From a virus (lineage: Duplodnaviria; Caudoviricetes), in IMG/VR virus record IMGVR_UViG_3300007516_000025, positions 1 to 52,619 of that record: a stretch of 52,619 nucleotides of DNA. One strand, 5' to 3'. Made by a program: the position numbers and the translations under genes. This document shows positions 40,485 through 50,205 of this stretch, in pieces. Positions within the stretch are counted from its first letter, which is position 1. The number at the start of each line of letters is the position of its first letter. The notes below the pieces were generated by a model. That model was given only the letters and a program-made list of their open reading frames with translations. It ran no database searches and had not been told where the DNA came from.

Positions 40485-43431
40485 AATCGCACATATATCA
40501 GATATACATCTTAGAAATGATTCTAGACATAATGAATATATTAAAGTATTTGACAAATTTAAATCTTTAATGCATGAAGAAAAACCTGACATGCTTGTAA
40601 TTACAGGAGATGTCGCGCATACCAAATCAACCATATCCCCAGAATATGTGTCTTTGTTTGCTTCTTTCTTGAGAACCTGTAAAATGTTTCCAGGATTGTT
40701 AAGTATTTATATTACTCCCGGAAATCATGATATTAATGAAAAGAATAGGAATAGATTAGATACAATTTCACCTATTGTTGACATCATTAATAATGAAAAT
40801 GGTGTATACATTTGGAATTTACTTACTTCTTGTGTGTGTGATATTAGTAAAAATGCGTCATTTGTCAATTTTAGTATTCTTGACTCTAACAGAGAATTGG
40901 TAATTGATCCAACCAGATTCAATATAGGTCTCTTCCATGGTATTATCAATGGCGCTCAGACATCGCTAGGACACGTTTTGACGACCGAGGATGAGTCGTT
41001 CCTACCCTGTGACCTCTACATGCTTGGCGACGTCCACAAGCGCCAAAAACTGACCATCTTGGGCCATGATGCTTACTATGCAGGCTCCATGATCCAACAA
41101 GATCATGGAGAGTCCCAAGATAAAGGTGGTATTATCTATGAAATTGATGATATCAATAAAACATTTGAAGTGCGATATTTTGATTTGGAAAATAGCCACA
41201 AGTTTGTAGATATCAAAATTGAAGATTATGATAAAAATAATATTGACAAAAACAATAAAATAAGAATTATTGGTACCGTTGAAGAAATTTCCAATTTCAG
41301 AAATACCCAAAAAAGTAAAATTTCGAATACTTCTTATAAACTTTTAAAAACACCAAAAATTGAAGAGAGTGAAACTGAAGACAAGCAAATTGAAAAAGTT
41401 ACTTTAAATTTAGAAAGTATCGAGAAGATTATTAGAGAGAATTTCGATGAATATGTCAAACTATATGGCGATGATTTATTCAATATGAATGCAAAATATT
41501 TAAAAGAATTAAACTCGGAAAGCGATAATATTTATTGGAAAATTAATAATATTAGTTGGTCTAATATGTTTAATTACGGAAAAGATATCAGCTTAGATTT
41601 TTCTAGTTTTAGAGGGAATATTTTAGGTATTTTTGGGAAAAACAAAACAGGAAAAAGTTCTGTTATCGATGCTATTTGCTATTCAATTTATGGAAAATGG
41701 ACCAAGAGATCTGTTACTAATGATGTTTATATTAACAGCAGAGAAAATCAAGCAGAAACCTTAATAGAAATTGAAGCTGGTGGTATTATATATCGCATTG
41801 AACGTACTTTAAAGAGAAAACTTAAAGGAGCATCTTCAACTGTTAAACTCTTAGAAGATGGGGAAAATATTTGTGGTGATGATAAAAAGAAAACAGAATT
41901 AAAAATTGTTAAAATTTTTGGAAAGTTAGAAAACTTTCTAATGACAACCATTCTTAAACAATACGACGATGTTTCTTTTCTTAAAAGCAAAAGTTCATCA
42001 AGAAAAGAAACTCTTAACCAGTTTTTGGGCTTGGATAGTATTATCCCAATTACGGAAAAAATAGGAAACGATTTAAGCAATGCCAAAGCAATTAAAATTA
42101 ACCTTGAGTCACAGTTGGAAAATTTTTCTCAACAACTTGAAACGTGTTCCAATTATGATGATTTATTATTAGTATCTTCAATTTTAGAAGATAAAAAAGT
42201 TGTTCTATGTTCATCTAAAATTGTGTTGCAAGAAAATATTAATCTTGGAACTTCTTATAGTAAAAGGATTGAAGCATTTTCAAAAATTACCACATTAAAA
42301 GAAAAAATTACTACATTAGAGCTCAAAATCAATGTCGTAAAAATTGATGTCGATAACACTATAATAGAGATGAAACACCCTGACAGTAGAAGAGAAAAAA
42401 GAATAAAACTAAAAGAGCTTTTAGAAAGAGAAAAAACATTTTTGACAAGATTAAAATCTTTAGAGAAAGACGTTTCTCTATTAAAAGAAGTGCCCTGTGG
42501 CACTTCTTTTCCACAGTGCAAATTTTTAGTTTCGGCAAATGAGTCAAAAAACTCGACAGAAAAAGGTATAATTCTACTCGAAGAGCTTAGAACTAACATA
42601 AACTCAAATTATTACGATAGTGTTAGAGAAGATATAAATACTAATGATAAATCCGATTCTCCCCTTTATTTAATTAACGATATATGGATTAATCATAGTT
42701 TTATGGGAAAAGAACTTACTAGAGATAAACAAGACTTATTAAGATTAGAAGCTAATATATTTGATTACAATGAGACACACGAACAATATTACAACATTTT
42801 AGATAAATTAAATATAGAACTAAATGAATTAAATGAAAAAATTATATTAAATGAAAAAGAATTATCTATGAATAGTTTTTTGATTCTTAAATATAATGAT
42901 TTAATCAAAGACCAAAAAGGTACATTAGAAAAACTGACTAAAGCTGAATATAATTTTAATATTCTTAATAGTTATTCAAAAATTATGGGTAAAAGTGGTG
43001 TGGTTGTTCATTTACTTAATTCTCATATTGAACAGATCAAAATTCTCGTGAATATACTTTTATCTTCATTATGCACGTTAGAAGTTGATTTCGAAATTGG
43101 TGATAGTAAATTTGACATTTACTTTAAAGATGTAGAATCCGATGAATTTAAGACAATTGAGTGTGCTTCCGGAATGGAAGAATTTGTTCTAGGGTTAGCT
43201 ATTAGATTAACTTTAAACAAAGTTTCAATGATTTCTAAAAATAGTTTTGTGATTCTTGATGAACCGGGAACTGCTTTGGATATAGATAATCAGAAAATAT
43301 TTGGAGATACATTGGTTAATCTTTTAGGTGATTTTGATAATATTATCATTGTTACACACCTTGAAATTCTTAAAGATTATGTAAACAAAGTTGTAAATAT
43401 TGATATCAAAGATGGGTATTCATATTTATAA
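40474..43431 (+). CDS. Fused Mre11/SbcD nuclease and Rad50/SbcC ATPase (gp47-gp46-like)
   Basis: HISDIH, ITGD, PGNHD, LFHG, LGDVH, YAGS (phosphoesterase); GKNKTGKSS Walker A, ASGME signature, ILDEPG Walker B, IVTH. Confidence 0.92.
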   Translation: MTIKIAHISDIHLRNDSRHNEYIKVFDKFKSLMHEEKPDMLVITGDVAHTKSTISPEYVSLFASFLRTCKMFPGLLSIYITPGNHDINEKNRNRLDTISPIVDIINNENGVYIWNLLTSCVCDISKNASFVNFSILDSNRELVIDPTRFNIGLFHGIINGAQTSLGHVLTTEDESFLPCDLYMLGDVHKRQKLTILGHDAYYAGSMIQQDHGESQDKGGIIYEIDDINKTFEVRYFDLENSHKFVDIKIEDYDKNNIDKNNKIRIIGTVEEISNFRNTQKSKISNTSYKLLKTPKIEESETEDKQIEKVTLNLESIEKIIRENFDEYVKLYGDDLFNMNAKYLKELNSESDNIYWKINNISWSNMFNYGKDISLDFSSFRGNILGIFGKNKTGKSSVIDAICYSIYGKWTKRSVTNDVYINSRENQAETLIEIEAGGIIYRIERTLKRKLKGASSTVKLLEDGENICGDDKKKTELKIVKIFGKLENFLMTTILKQYDDVSFLKSKSSSRKETLNQFLGLDSIIPITEKIGNDLSNAKAIKINLESQLENFSQQLETCSNYDDLLLVSSILEDKKVVLCSSKIVLQENINLGTSYSKRIEAFSKITTLKEKITTLELKINVVKIDVDNTIIEMKHPDSRREKRIKLKELLEREKTFLTRLKSLEKDVSLLKEVPCGTSFPQCKFLVSANESKNSTEKGIILLEELRTNINSNYYDSVREDINTNDKSDSPLYLINDIWINHSFMGKELTRDKQDLLRLEANIFDYNETHEQYYNILDKLNIELNELNEKIILNEKELSMNSFLILKYNDLIKDQKGTLEKLTKAEYNFNILNSYSKIMGKSGVVVHLLNSHIEQIKILVNILLSSLCTLEVDFEIGDSKFDIYFKDVESDEFKTIECASGMEEFVLGLAIRLTLNKVSMISKNSFVILDEPGTALDIDNQKIFGDTLVNLLGDFDNIIIVTHLEILKDYVNKVVNIDIKDGYSYL

Positions 43432-43441
43432 TATAAAATTA

Positions 43442-43449
43442 CTAATTAA
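43442..43449 (+). promoter_or_regulatory. Candidate late promoter CTAATTAA
   Basis: Intergenic, at the boundary between replication genes and lysis/packaging genes; GAGAGGT SD follows. Confidence 0.55.
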
Positions 43450-43479
43450 TTTTATATTATAAAGAGAGGTATCAATGTT

Positions 43480-43680
43480 ATGGGAAAAATTAAAGGTTGG
43501 GTGGACAATAATTTGTCAAAATTAATGAGTAGGAAACTAATGGTTTGGGCTTTCGCTACTGTATTCTTTGCGTGTGGTGTTCTTGACGCTGAAAGTTGGA
43601 CTGGAATAAGTCTTGGTTATGTTGGCATTCAAGGTATGAGCGATTTAGCAACAAGTTGGAAATCTGCCGGGAAACAATAA
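43480..43680 (+). CDS. Holin-like small two-TM membrane protein
   Basis: SRKLMVWAFATVFFACG..W..ISLGYVGIQG; 66 aa. Confidence 0.6.
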   Translation: MGKIKGWVDNNLSKLMSRKLMVWAFATVFFACGVLDAESWTGISLGYVGIQGMSDLATSWKSAGKQ

Positions 43681-43685
43681 AATTT

Positions 43686-44030
43686 ATGAATAAATTATCT
43701 TTATTTAAAATGTTTTTAAAAGAAAATTGGATAAAAATTATAATAGCTATTCTTTTTATTCTTTTTATTTTTTTAACATCTCTTATGATTTTTAGGAAAA
43801 AAATCCATAATATTGTTTTAAAAATTAAAGAAAAAATTGATGAATTGAAACTTAAAACAAACGAAATTTCTATTGATAGAAGAATTATTAAAGAAATTAA
43901 GCAATATGAACTTAAACAATCAGAAGAAAGTTCACAAAAATTCATTGAAGAATTTGAAGAAATTAATCAAATTTCTGAATTTGAAGAAAGAGTCAGAAAG
44001 AAAGTAAGATTATATGGCAAAATTGAGTAA
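43686..44030 (+). CDS. Membrane-anchored coiled-coil protein (i-spanin-like)
   Basis: Start MNKLSL at 43686; TM IIIAILFILFIFLTSLMIF then charged coiled coil. Confidence 0.6.
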   Translation: MNKLSLFKMFLKENWIKIIIAILFILFIFLTSLMIFRKKIHNIVLKIKEKIDELKLKTNEISIDRRIIKEIKQYELKQSEESSQKFIEEFEEINQISEFEERVRKKVRLYGKIE

Positions 44031-44457
44031 AATATTATTTTTATGTTTATTAATATCATCACATAGTTTGATAAGCAGAGCGGATGAGCCTCGCGCAAAA
44101 ATCCAAACTACTTTTAAACAAATACTAGAATTCGAAGAGTTCCCCACATCTTTACTGATTAATGGGGAACTTTTTTTTGGTTTACTTATTTCAGAACCTA
44201 CTTATGACAAGATTATATTGGATAAAATTGAGTTATCCAAACTTCGTAAACAAATCTTAATTTATGAAAATTATGATATTAAACTAGAAGATAATTTTTC
44301 TAGATATAACAAAATTACATCAGAAAAAATTGATGAAATTACACAGATTATCAATAAACCAAGATATGAAAGTTTTTGGGATTCAAATAAAACTTGGATT
44401 ATGTTTGCAACAGGTATCGTATTAGGTGCCGTAATTTATAAGGTAATAGATAAATGA
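44014..44457 (+). CDS. Secreted/membrane protein (spanin-like partner)
   Basis: Signal peptide ending SRA|DE; C-terminal WIMFATGIVLGAVIY; overlaps the upstream gene. Confidence 0.6.
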   Translation: MAKLSKILFLCLLISSHSLISRADEPRAKIQTTFKQILEFEEFPTSLLINGELFFGLLISEPTYDKIILDKIELSKLRKQILIYENYDIKLEDNFSRYNKITSEKIDEITQIINKPRYESFWDSNKTWIMFATGIVLGAVIYKVIDK

Positions 44458-44690
44458 AAGATGCAGATGATATTGCTAAGTTTATAGTAAGTTCATATGG
44501 CCCTGAGTATTTATACGAATTTAAAAAAAATAATAACTCAGAAGAATTCGTCATAACTAAAAGTGATAAAAAGAAAAAAAACAGAATACTTAATTGCGAA
44601 AAATGTAGCAAGTTGATTGTTTCATTTAACGACAAAAAGAGTTATTACTTAACAAATAAATGCCATTTATGTGGAGTGGCGGAGCAATAA
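44454..44690 (+). CDS. Small zinc-finger protein
   Basis: CEKC...CHLC. Confidence 0.65.
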   Translation: MKDADDIAKFIVSSYGPEYLYEFKKNNNSEEFVITKSDKKKKNRILNCEKCSKLIVSFNDKKSYYLTNKCHLCGVAEQ

Positions 44691-44694
44691 TAAT

Positions 44695-45129
44695 ATGGAA
44701 GAAGAAAAAAACAAATTAGAATTACTTAAGGCGCTTGTTCAAGCCGCTAGTGATGTGAAATATAATAAGACAAATGCTTTAAAAAGAGAAAAAACCTATA
44801 CAAATTTTGAAGTTGTAGATAACTTCAATGTAAAAGTTGCCGGTAATTCATGCAGAATTAATTATTCTCAATTAGTGATCGGCAAGAATTTTAGCGAATC
44901 ACATTTAAAATGCGATATTGAAAAAACATTTGCCGACATTGTTAAGTATCTTAAAGACGAGGTTAAGAAGTCTTCAGGTAAAAGCTTAACATTTAAAGAA
45001 GACGAAAAAGACTGTCAAGTTGAATCTGTTTTGCAAATTAATATTAACAAACAGATTAGAAATTACACCAAATGCTATACCATTAAGCAACTGAAGGAAT
45101 TTTTAATTTCTGATGAAAATGATGAATAA
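44695..45129 (+). CDS. Hypothetical protein
   Basis: ORF 44671..45129; likely start MEEEK at 44695 after GGAG. Confidence 0.75.
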   Translation: MEEEKNKLELLKALVQAASDVKYNKTNALKREKTYTNFEVVDNFNVKVAGNSCRINYSQLVIGKNFSESHLKCDIEKTFADIVKYLKDEVKKSSGKSLTFKEDEKDCQVESVLQININKQIRNYTKCYTIKQLKEFLISDENDE

Positions 45130-45141
45130 GGTAATATTTGA

Positions 45142-46809
45142 TTGTCGAACGAACAGAAACTAACAGCAACATATAAGAAATCGGAGTTATTTAGGTGTAA
45201 AAATGTCGTCTATTTCATTTCTAATCACATCTATATCCAAACACCTGGTTCTGGTAGAGAGAAATTTGATCTTTGGGACTTCCAAAGAGATTGTTTAAAT
45301 AGTTTTGAAGATACCAGATTTAACATTGTGCTCAAATCAAGACAGCTTGGTTTGAGCACTTTAATTTCAGCTTATGTACTCTGGTTGATGTTGTTTAATC
45401 GAGACAGAAACATTCTTGTCGTATCTATTAGAAGAGAAGACGCCCAAAAACTTATTAAGAAAATTAAATATGCTTATTCATATCTTCCAGATTGGATGAA
45501 AATTTCCAAACCAATTTCTGATAACGTATTTACTTTTGAGTTAGACAATCACTCTAAAGTTGTTGCCTCTGCAACAACAGAGAATATGGCTCGTGGTGAT
45601 GCGCTTACTCATTTATTTATCGACGAAGCAGGCTTTATTGATGGTTTAGAGGACGCTTGGCCCTCAGCTTGGCCGTCTATCTCTGTTGCAGGTAAAAGCA
45701 TTGTATTCAGCACGCCCAATGGGTCTGACAACTTTTTTTATAAGCTTTGGTCAGATGCTGAAGTCAAAGAAAACGAATTTAAAACAACTAAACTTATGTG
45801 GGATGTACGACCAGATAGAGATCAGGCATGGTATAATCGTACATTCAAGACGCTCCCAAGAAAGAAATTTGCCCAAGAATTCGAATGTGACTTTACACTA
45901 TCAGGTGATACAGTTATTGATCCTGAAGATATTGTGTATTATTCAAACTTCATTATTGAAGAAGAGGGTTTTTTCACAAGTGACAGAAAGGGTCGATATT
46001 GGAAAGAACCAGATCTTTCTCATAGTTATATTATTGCTGCGGACGTGGCGCGTGGCGATGGTGAAGATTATTCCTCATTTGTTGTAATGGATGTTGATGC
46101 GGATGAGATTGTTGCTGATTATAAAAATAAGATTAAGACTGATATATATGCAGAAATTTTAGTTGCGGCTGCAACATTATATAATCATGCGTTATTGGTT
46201 GTAGAAAACAACAACCATGGCTGGGCGGTATTGCAACGTATAATTCAAATGAAATATAAAAATTTGTATTACGCCGACAAAAAGACTCTTGAAATTATTG
46301 AGGGATATATTGATGATACAAGATCTGATATTATTGCAGGGTTTCCAACAAATCAAAAAACTAAAGTATTAATTGTAGAAAGACTAGAAGAGGCCATAAG
46401 AAATAAAAGATATTCTATTTATTCAGATAAGATAATTGACGAATTTAGGCAATTTGTTTGGATTAATGGTAAGGCCACTACCAAAAAAGGTTATCATGAT
46501 GACCTAGTTATATCATTAGCAATCTGTATCTTTGTTAAAGAATTTATTTATGGAAAATCAGAGATAAAAGCAGATTTGAACAGATTGATTCTTCCACTTA
46601 TCGGTAAAGAAACCAGAAATATGGAAACTAAAATACCGGGAATGATAGGATTTAAGAAAAAAGACAATAATTTTAATATATATAATTCATTGTCAAAAGC
46701 AGATGAAGATATTCGTCAACATTATTGGGTATTGGATAAGAAACCAGGTGCAAAAAAACCAGTTCAAGAAATCTCATATTCAAAAGCTCTACCAATTATA
46801 AAGATTTAA
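45142..46809 (+). CDS. terL: Terminase large subunit (T4 gp17-like)
   Basis: LWDFQ, KSRQLGLST Walker A, FIDEAGFI Walker B, STPNG, FAQEFECDF, ADVARGDGEDYS, VENN, HDDLVISLA; TTG start after AAGGT. Confidence 0.95.
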   Translation: MSNEQKLTATYKKSELFRCKNVVYFISNHIYIQTPGSGREKFDLWDFQRDCLNSFEDTRFNIVLKSRQLGLSTLISAYVLWLMLFNRDRNILVVSIRREDAQKLIKKIKYAYSYLPDWMKISKPISDNVFTFELDNHSKVVASATTENMARGDALTHLFIDEAGFIDGLEDAWPSAWPSISVAGKSIVFSTPNGSDNFFYKLWSDAEVKENEFKTTKLMWDVRPDRDQAWYNRTFKTLPRKKFAQEFECDFTLSGDTVIDPEDIVYYSNFIIEEEGFFTSDRKGRYWKEPDLSHSYIIAADVARGDGEDYSSFVVMDVDADEIVADYKNKIKTDIYAEILVAAATLYNHALLVVENNNHGWAVLQRIIQMKYKNLYYADKKTLEIIEGYIDDTRSDIIAGFPTNQKTKVLIVERLEEAIRNKRYSIYSDKIIDEFRQFVWINGKATTKKGYHDDLVISLAICIFVKEFIYGKSEIKADLNRLILPLIGKETRNMETKIPGMIGFKKKDNNFNIYNSLSKADEDIRQHYWVLDKKPGAKKPVQEISYSKALPIIKI

Positions 46810-46812
46810 AAC

Positions 46813-48849
46813 ATGCCAAAATACAAGCCAGAAAATAAAAATCCATATAATCCATCTAATGTACTTTACAAAAGATTGACTAAACTGTGGTCTTCTCAAT
46901 TATCTGCAATCAAAGATCCTAAAGCCTTTAATATTTCTTACGAAAAATTACAGCATAGAAATTTTAGATCTGCATCAGGACAGAGTTTTAAGAGAGAGGA
47001 TAAAGAACATCCATTATATTATCTAAATTCAGAAAAATTTGCTAATGCAGCAAGAGCTGAAAGATATGCCGATTTTGAACAGATGGAATATTTTCCTGAA
47101 TCAGCGGCTGCATTAGATATTTATGCAAACGAAATTACTACATATTCAGAATTTTCTCCACCCATTAACGTCAAGACAAACAACATTGAGATCAAAGAAA
47201 CGTTAAATTATCTATTTTATGATATTCTCAATGTTAAGAACAATATCTTTTCGTGGGTTAGAACACTTATTAAGTATGGTGATATGTTTCTTTATCTTCA
47301 TACCGATCAAGAACTAGGTGTTAAAGATGCAACAGCGTTACCAACAGCCGAAGTGGAAAGGCTTGAGGGTGAAGATGAAAGTAACCCCAATTATGTTCAG
47401 TTTCAGTGGAATAGAGGTGGAATGACATTTGAAAACGCTTGGCAGATTTGTCACTTTCGTCTTTTGGGTAATGATAAGTTTTTCCCTTATGGCACATCTG
47501 TACTCGATCCTGCTCGTAGAATTTGGAGGCAATTAGATCACTTAGAAAACGCCATGATGTCATATCGTATTGTAAGAGCGCCCGAAAGAAAAGTTTTCTA
47601 TCTTGATGTCGGTGGCCTTAATGATGAAGAAATTAAGCTATTTTTAGAGCAGACTCGCGGTAATATTAGAAGAAATGTTGTGACAGATCCTGAATCTGGT
47701 AGAAGCGATCAACGTTATAATCCTTGGTCTTCTGAAGAAGATTTTTTTATTCCCGTACGTGGTCAAAATTCAGGTACAAAGATTGAACAATTACCCGGTG
47801 GTCAGTTCACTGGAGTTGTTGATGATATTAAATATTTGAGAGACAAGTTTTTCTCAGCTATTAAAATTCCTGCTGCATATCTATCACAAGATAATACAGA
47901 AGACAAACAATCATTAGCTCAAAAGGATCTAATGTTTGCGAAGACTGTTCTTCGCTTACAGGGTGCTGTTCTTTCTGGTTTAACACAAATTGCAGTTACT
48001 CATCTTTATATCTTGGGATTTAGAGGTCAAGATTTATTATCATTTGACATCAGTTTGAATAATCCATCTAAAATTGCTGAAATGCAAGAATTAGAACAGT
48101 TCAAAATTCGCTGTGAAATTGGTACGGCAATGGTTGAGAAATTCTTTTCAACAGATATGGTATACAAGAAAGTATTCTCAATGCCCGATGATGAAATTAT
48201 TAAAGAAAAGATGATGCGTGTTCAAGACGTCAAATTTGATCTATTCTTGAGTCAGTTTGCTTCTGAGAATTCACCTGATATGGGTGGTGCTCTTGGTGGT
48301 GGAGCTATGGATGATATGGGCGGTATGGGAGGCATGGACCTCGGTGGAGGCATGGAAGGTATGCCAGATATGGGTGGGGAAATGGACCTCGGTGGAGACG
48401 CTGGTGGTGAAATGGGTGATTTACCAATGCCTGATAATGACGAGCTTGGTGAAGTTGATCAACAAATGAATCGACTTGATGCTGCTGAAAGATATGTCAA
48501 TCCAAATGCCAAAGCTAAAGATGGTAGAAAGTTCGACTCAATTAAGCGTCATAATGCCGCAAAAGTTAATCCACTTGGTGCAAAACAAAAAACGGCATCT
48601 GTTTTTAATAGTGTCAAGGGCACAGGTAATAATATTCGACCTGATCAAAAAACAGAAATTATCCCATCTTTGACGGGCAGAAATAGTGCCTATGACAAGA
48701 TGAAATCCTTGAGTAAAGGTAGAGTGACAAATGATTCTGTGTTAAGAGCTGGTAATAATAATCTGCTTTTAGAGAGCTTGCAGCTCTATCTAAATAATAA
48801 TCAACTAATTAATGATGACAATAATACGGAAGATAAAGATGAAGCATAA
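46813..48849 (+). CDS. Portal protein (T4 gp20-like) with low-complexity Gly/Met C-terminal extension
   Basis: ERYADFEQME, KYGD, HFRL, PYGTSVL, YRIVRAPERKVFYLDVG, EEDFFIPVRG, LPGG, DIKYL. Confidence 0.95.
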   Translation: MPKYKPENKNPYNPSNVLYKRLTKLWSSQLSAIKDPKAFNISYEKLQHRNFRSASGQSFKREDKEHPLYYLNSEKFANAARAERYADFEQMEYFPESAAALDIYANEITTYSEFSPPINVKTNNIEIKETLNYLFYDILNVKNNIFSWVRTLIKYGDMFLYLHTDQELGVKDATALPTAEVERLEGEDESNPNYVQFQWNRGGMTFENAWQICHFRLLGNDKFFPYGTSVLDPARRIWRQLDHLENAMMSYRIVRAPERKVFYLDVGGLNDEEIKLFLEQTRGNIRRNVVTDPESGRSDQRYNPWSSEEDFFIPVRGQNSGTKIEQLPGGQFTGVVDDIKYLRDKFFSAIKIPAAYLSQDNTEDKQSLAQKDLMFAKTVLRLQGAVLSGLTQIAVTHLYILGFRGQDLLSFDISLNNPSKIAEMQELEQFKIRCEIGTAMVEKFFSTDMVYKKVFSMPDDEIIKEKMMRVQDVKFDLFLSQFASENSPDMGGALGGGAMDDMGGMGGMDLGGGMEGMPDMGGEMDLGGDAGGEMGDLPMPDNDELGEVDQQMNRLDAAERYVNPNAKAKDGRKFDSIKRHNAAKVNPLGAKQKTASVFNSVKGTGNNIRPDQKTEIIPSLTGRNSAYDKMKSLSKGRVTNDSVLRAGNNNLLLESLQLYLNNNQLINDDNNTEDKDEA

Positions 48850-49642
48850 TAAAAAAAAGAATATAGCTATAATTTTTGATATTTTGTTATTAGAGCAAGC
48901 TCGATATAAAATACTTCAAAATAGTGAAGATTATAATAAGATTGAACTCATTTTGAAGAAACATTTTCATGAGAATTCGTCTTTGTTAAAGGAATACTCA
49001 TTTTTCAATATTCTATCTACATTAAACACAAGTGGTGATCAATCAAAGGCCACAAAAATTTTACAAGAAGTTAAAAATTCATATAAGAATTTAGATAAAG
49101 ATTTAATTGAAAAAGATTTAACTCTATTGAAAGAAGATATTTCACACAATTTAGAAAGTAATTTTTATGAAAACTTTGTAAATAATTATAAAATCTATGC
49201 TACAATTTATAATATTTTAAATGAATGTATTTCAGACCCATTACAGCGTATTAAACTAGAAGATAAAATTGTTGATAATATGCTTTTAGAAGATAAGTCA
49301 GAATCACCTGATTATCTACTTGATTCCAGTACGATTAGTTATAATAAAGAATATATTAAATTTAGTAATAAAACAATTAACTTACTTCCTGAACAAAAAA
49401 CATTTTTAAATAAATATATAAATACTTATACAAATGATTTTGACTTTTTTATCTATCTCAACGAAGAAGTTAGGCGCTGTAAAGAGATTATTGATGTCAA
49501 TAAATCAAAAATTGACAGCGAAGAAGTTAAAAATATTCTTATGGAAAAGATTAATAACTTACCAAAGAAACATAAATTAGGAAAAGAGGATTTGGAATTC
49601 ATTTTAGAAATTCAAACCCTCGCAAGCAAATTGAATGATTAA
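48839..49642 (+). CDS. Head-module hypothetical protein
   Basis: Likely start MKHNKKKN at 48839, preceded by CTAATTAA at 48805-48812; VNNYKIYATIY; LLPEQK. Confidence 0.75.
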   Translation: MKHNKKKNIAIIFDILLLEQARYKILQNSEDYNKIELILKKHFHENSSLLKEYSFFNILSTLNTSGDQSKATKILQEVKNSYKNLDKDLIEKDLTLLKEDISHNLESNFYENFVNNYKIYATIYNILNECISDPLQRIKLEDKIVDNMLLEDKSESPDYLLDSSTISYNKEYIKFSNKTINLLPEQKTFLNKYINTYTNDFDFFIYLNEEVRRCKEIIDVNKSKIDSEEVKNILMEKINNLPKKHKLGKEDLEFILEIQTLASKLND

Positions 49643-50186
49643 AGAAAATTTTAAAATCTTATTGAATGAAGAAAAAGATATTTATATTGAATTAGATATT
49701 TCAAGAACGCTTGACGATAATTTGATCATTAATGATCATCCTTATTTTTCTATCATTATTTCAGATAACCACAATAAAATCATTACAATTCCCAAAAAAG
49801 GATTCGATGAATACACTTTACCAAGACAAATGAAGTTCTTTGATTATATGTGCCAAAAAGGCGTTATTGCTTTTGGTAGTGTTCATGGAACAATTATGCA
49901 CCAATCCCTAGAAGGTAAGTTACCTCATAATCTTGATGTAAATTCTATTCAAGTTGCATTGATGTGTATTTATGATTTTGTGAAGACAGAATTCGAAAAA
50001 GATTTAAAATCGAAAGAACATAGAGAGAAGTTCGAGCGTTCATTACTTGATCCATCAGACGAAGATTCTACAGAATTAGGTGAGGTTCCTCACGAAAAAG
50101 AAAAAGGTACAATACCTAAGACTCCATGGGGATACATGGGTGGTGGATACAATGGTGGTCTTGGTAGTTATTCTCGATTATATTAA
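49635..50186 (+). CDS. Hypothetical protein
   Basis: 183 aa; DPSDEDSTELGEVPH..KG and Gly/Tyr-rich tail. Confidence 0.8.
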   Translation: MIKENFKILLNEEKDIYIELDISRTLDDNLIINDHPYFSIIISDNHNKIITIPKKGFDEYTLPRQMKFFDYMCQKGVIAFGSVHGTIMHQSLEGKLPHNLDVNSIQVALMCIYDFVKTEFEKDLKSKEHREKFERSLLDPSDEDSTELGEVPHEKEKGTIPKTPWGYMGGGYNGGLGSYSRLY

Positions 50187-50205
50187 TATAAGGTAATTTA
50201 AAAAT

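Noticed and set aside
38809-48673. Nested + strand alternate-frame ORFs (38809-38991, 45686-46087, 48257-48469, 48476-48673)
   Set aside because: Fully inside longer genes with clear function or context; no motifs or RBS
45142-48849. Inteins or introns in terminase or portal
   Set aside because: Core motifs are contiguous with normal spacing; no splice-junction or homing endonuclease motifs were seen
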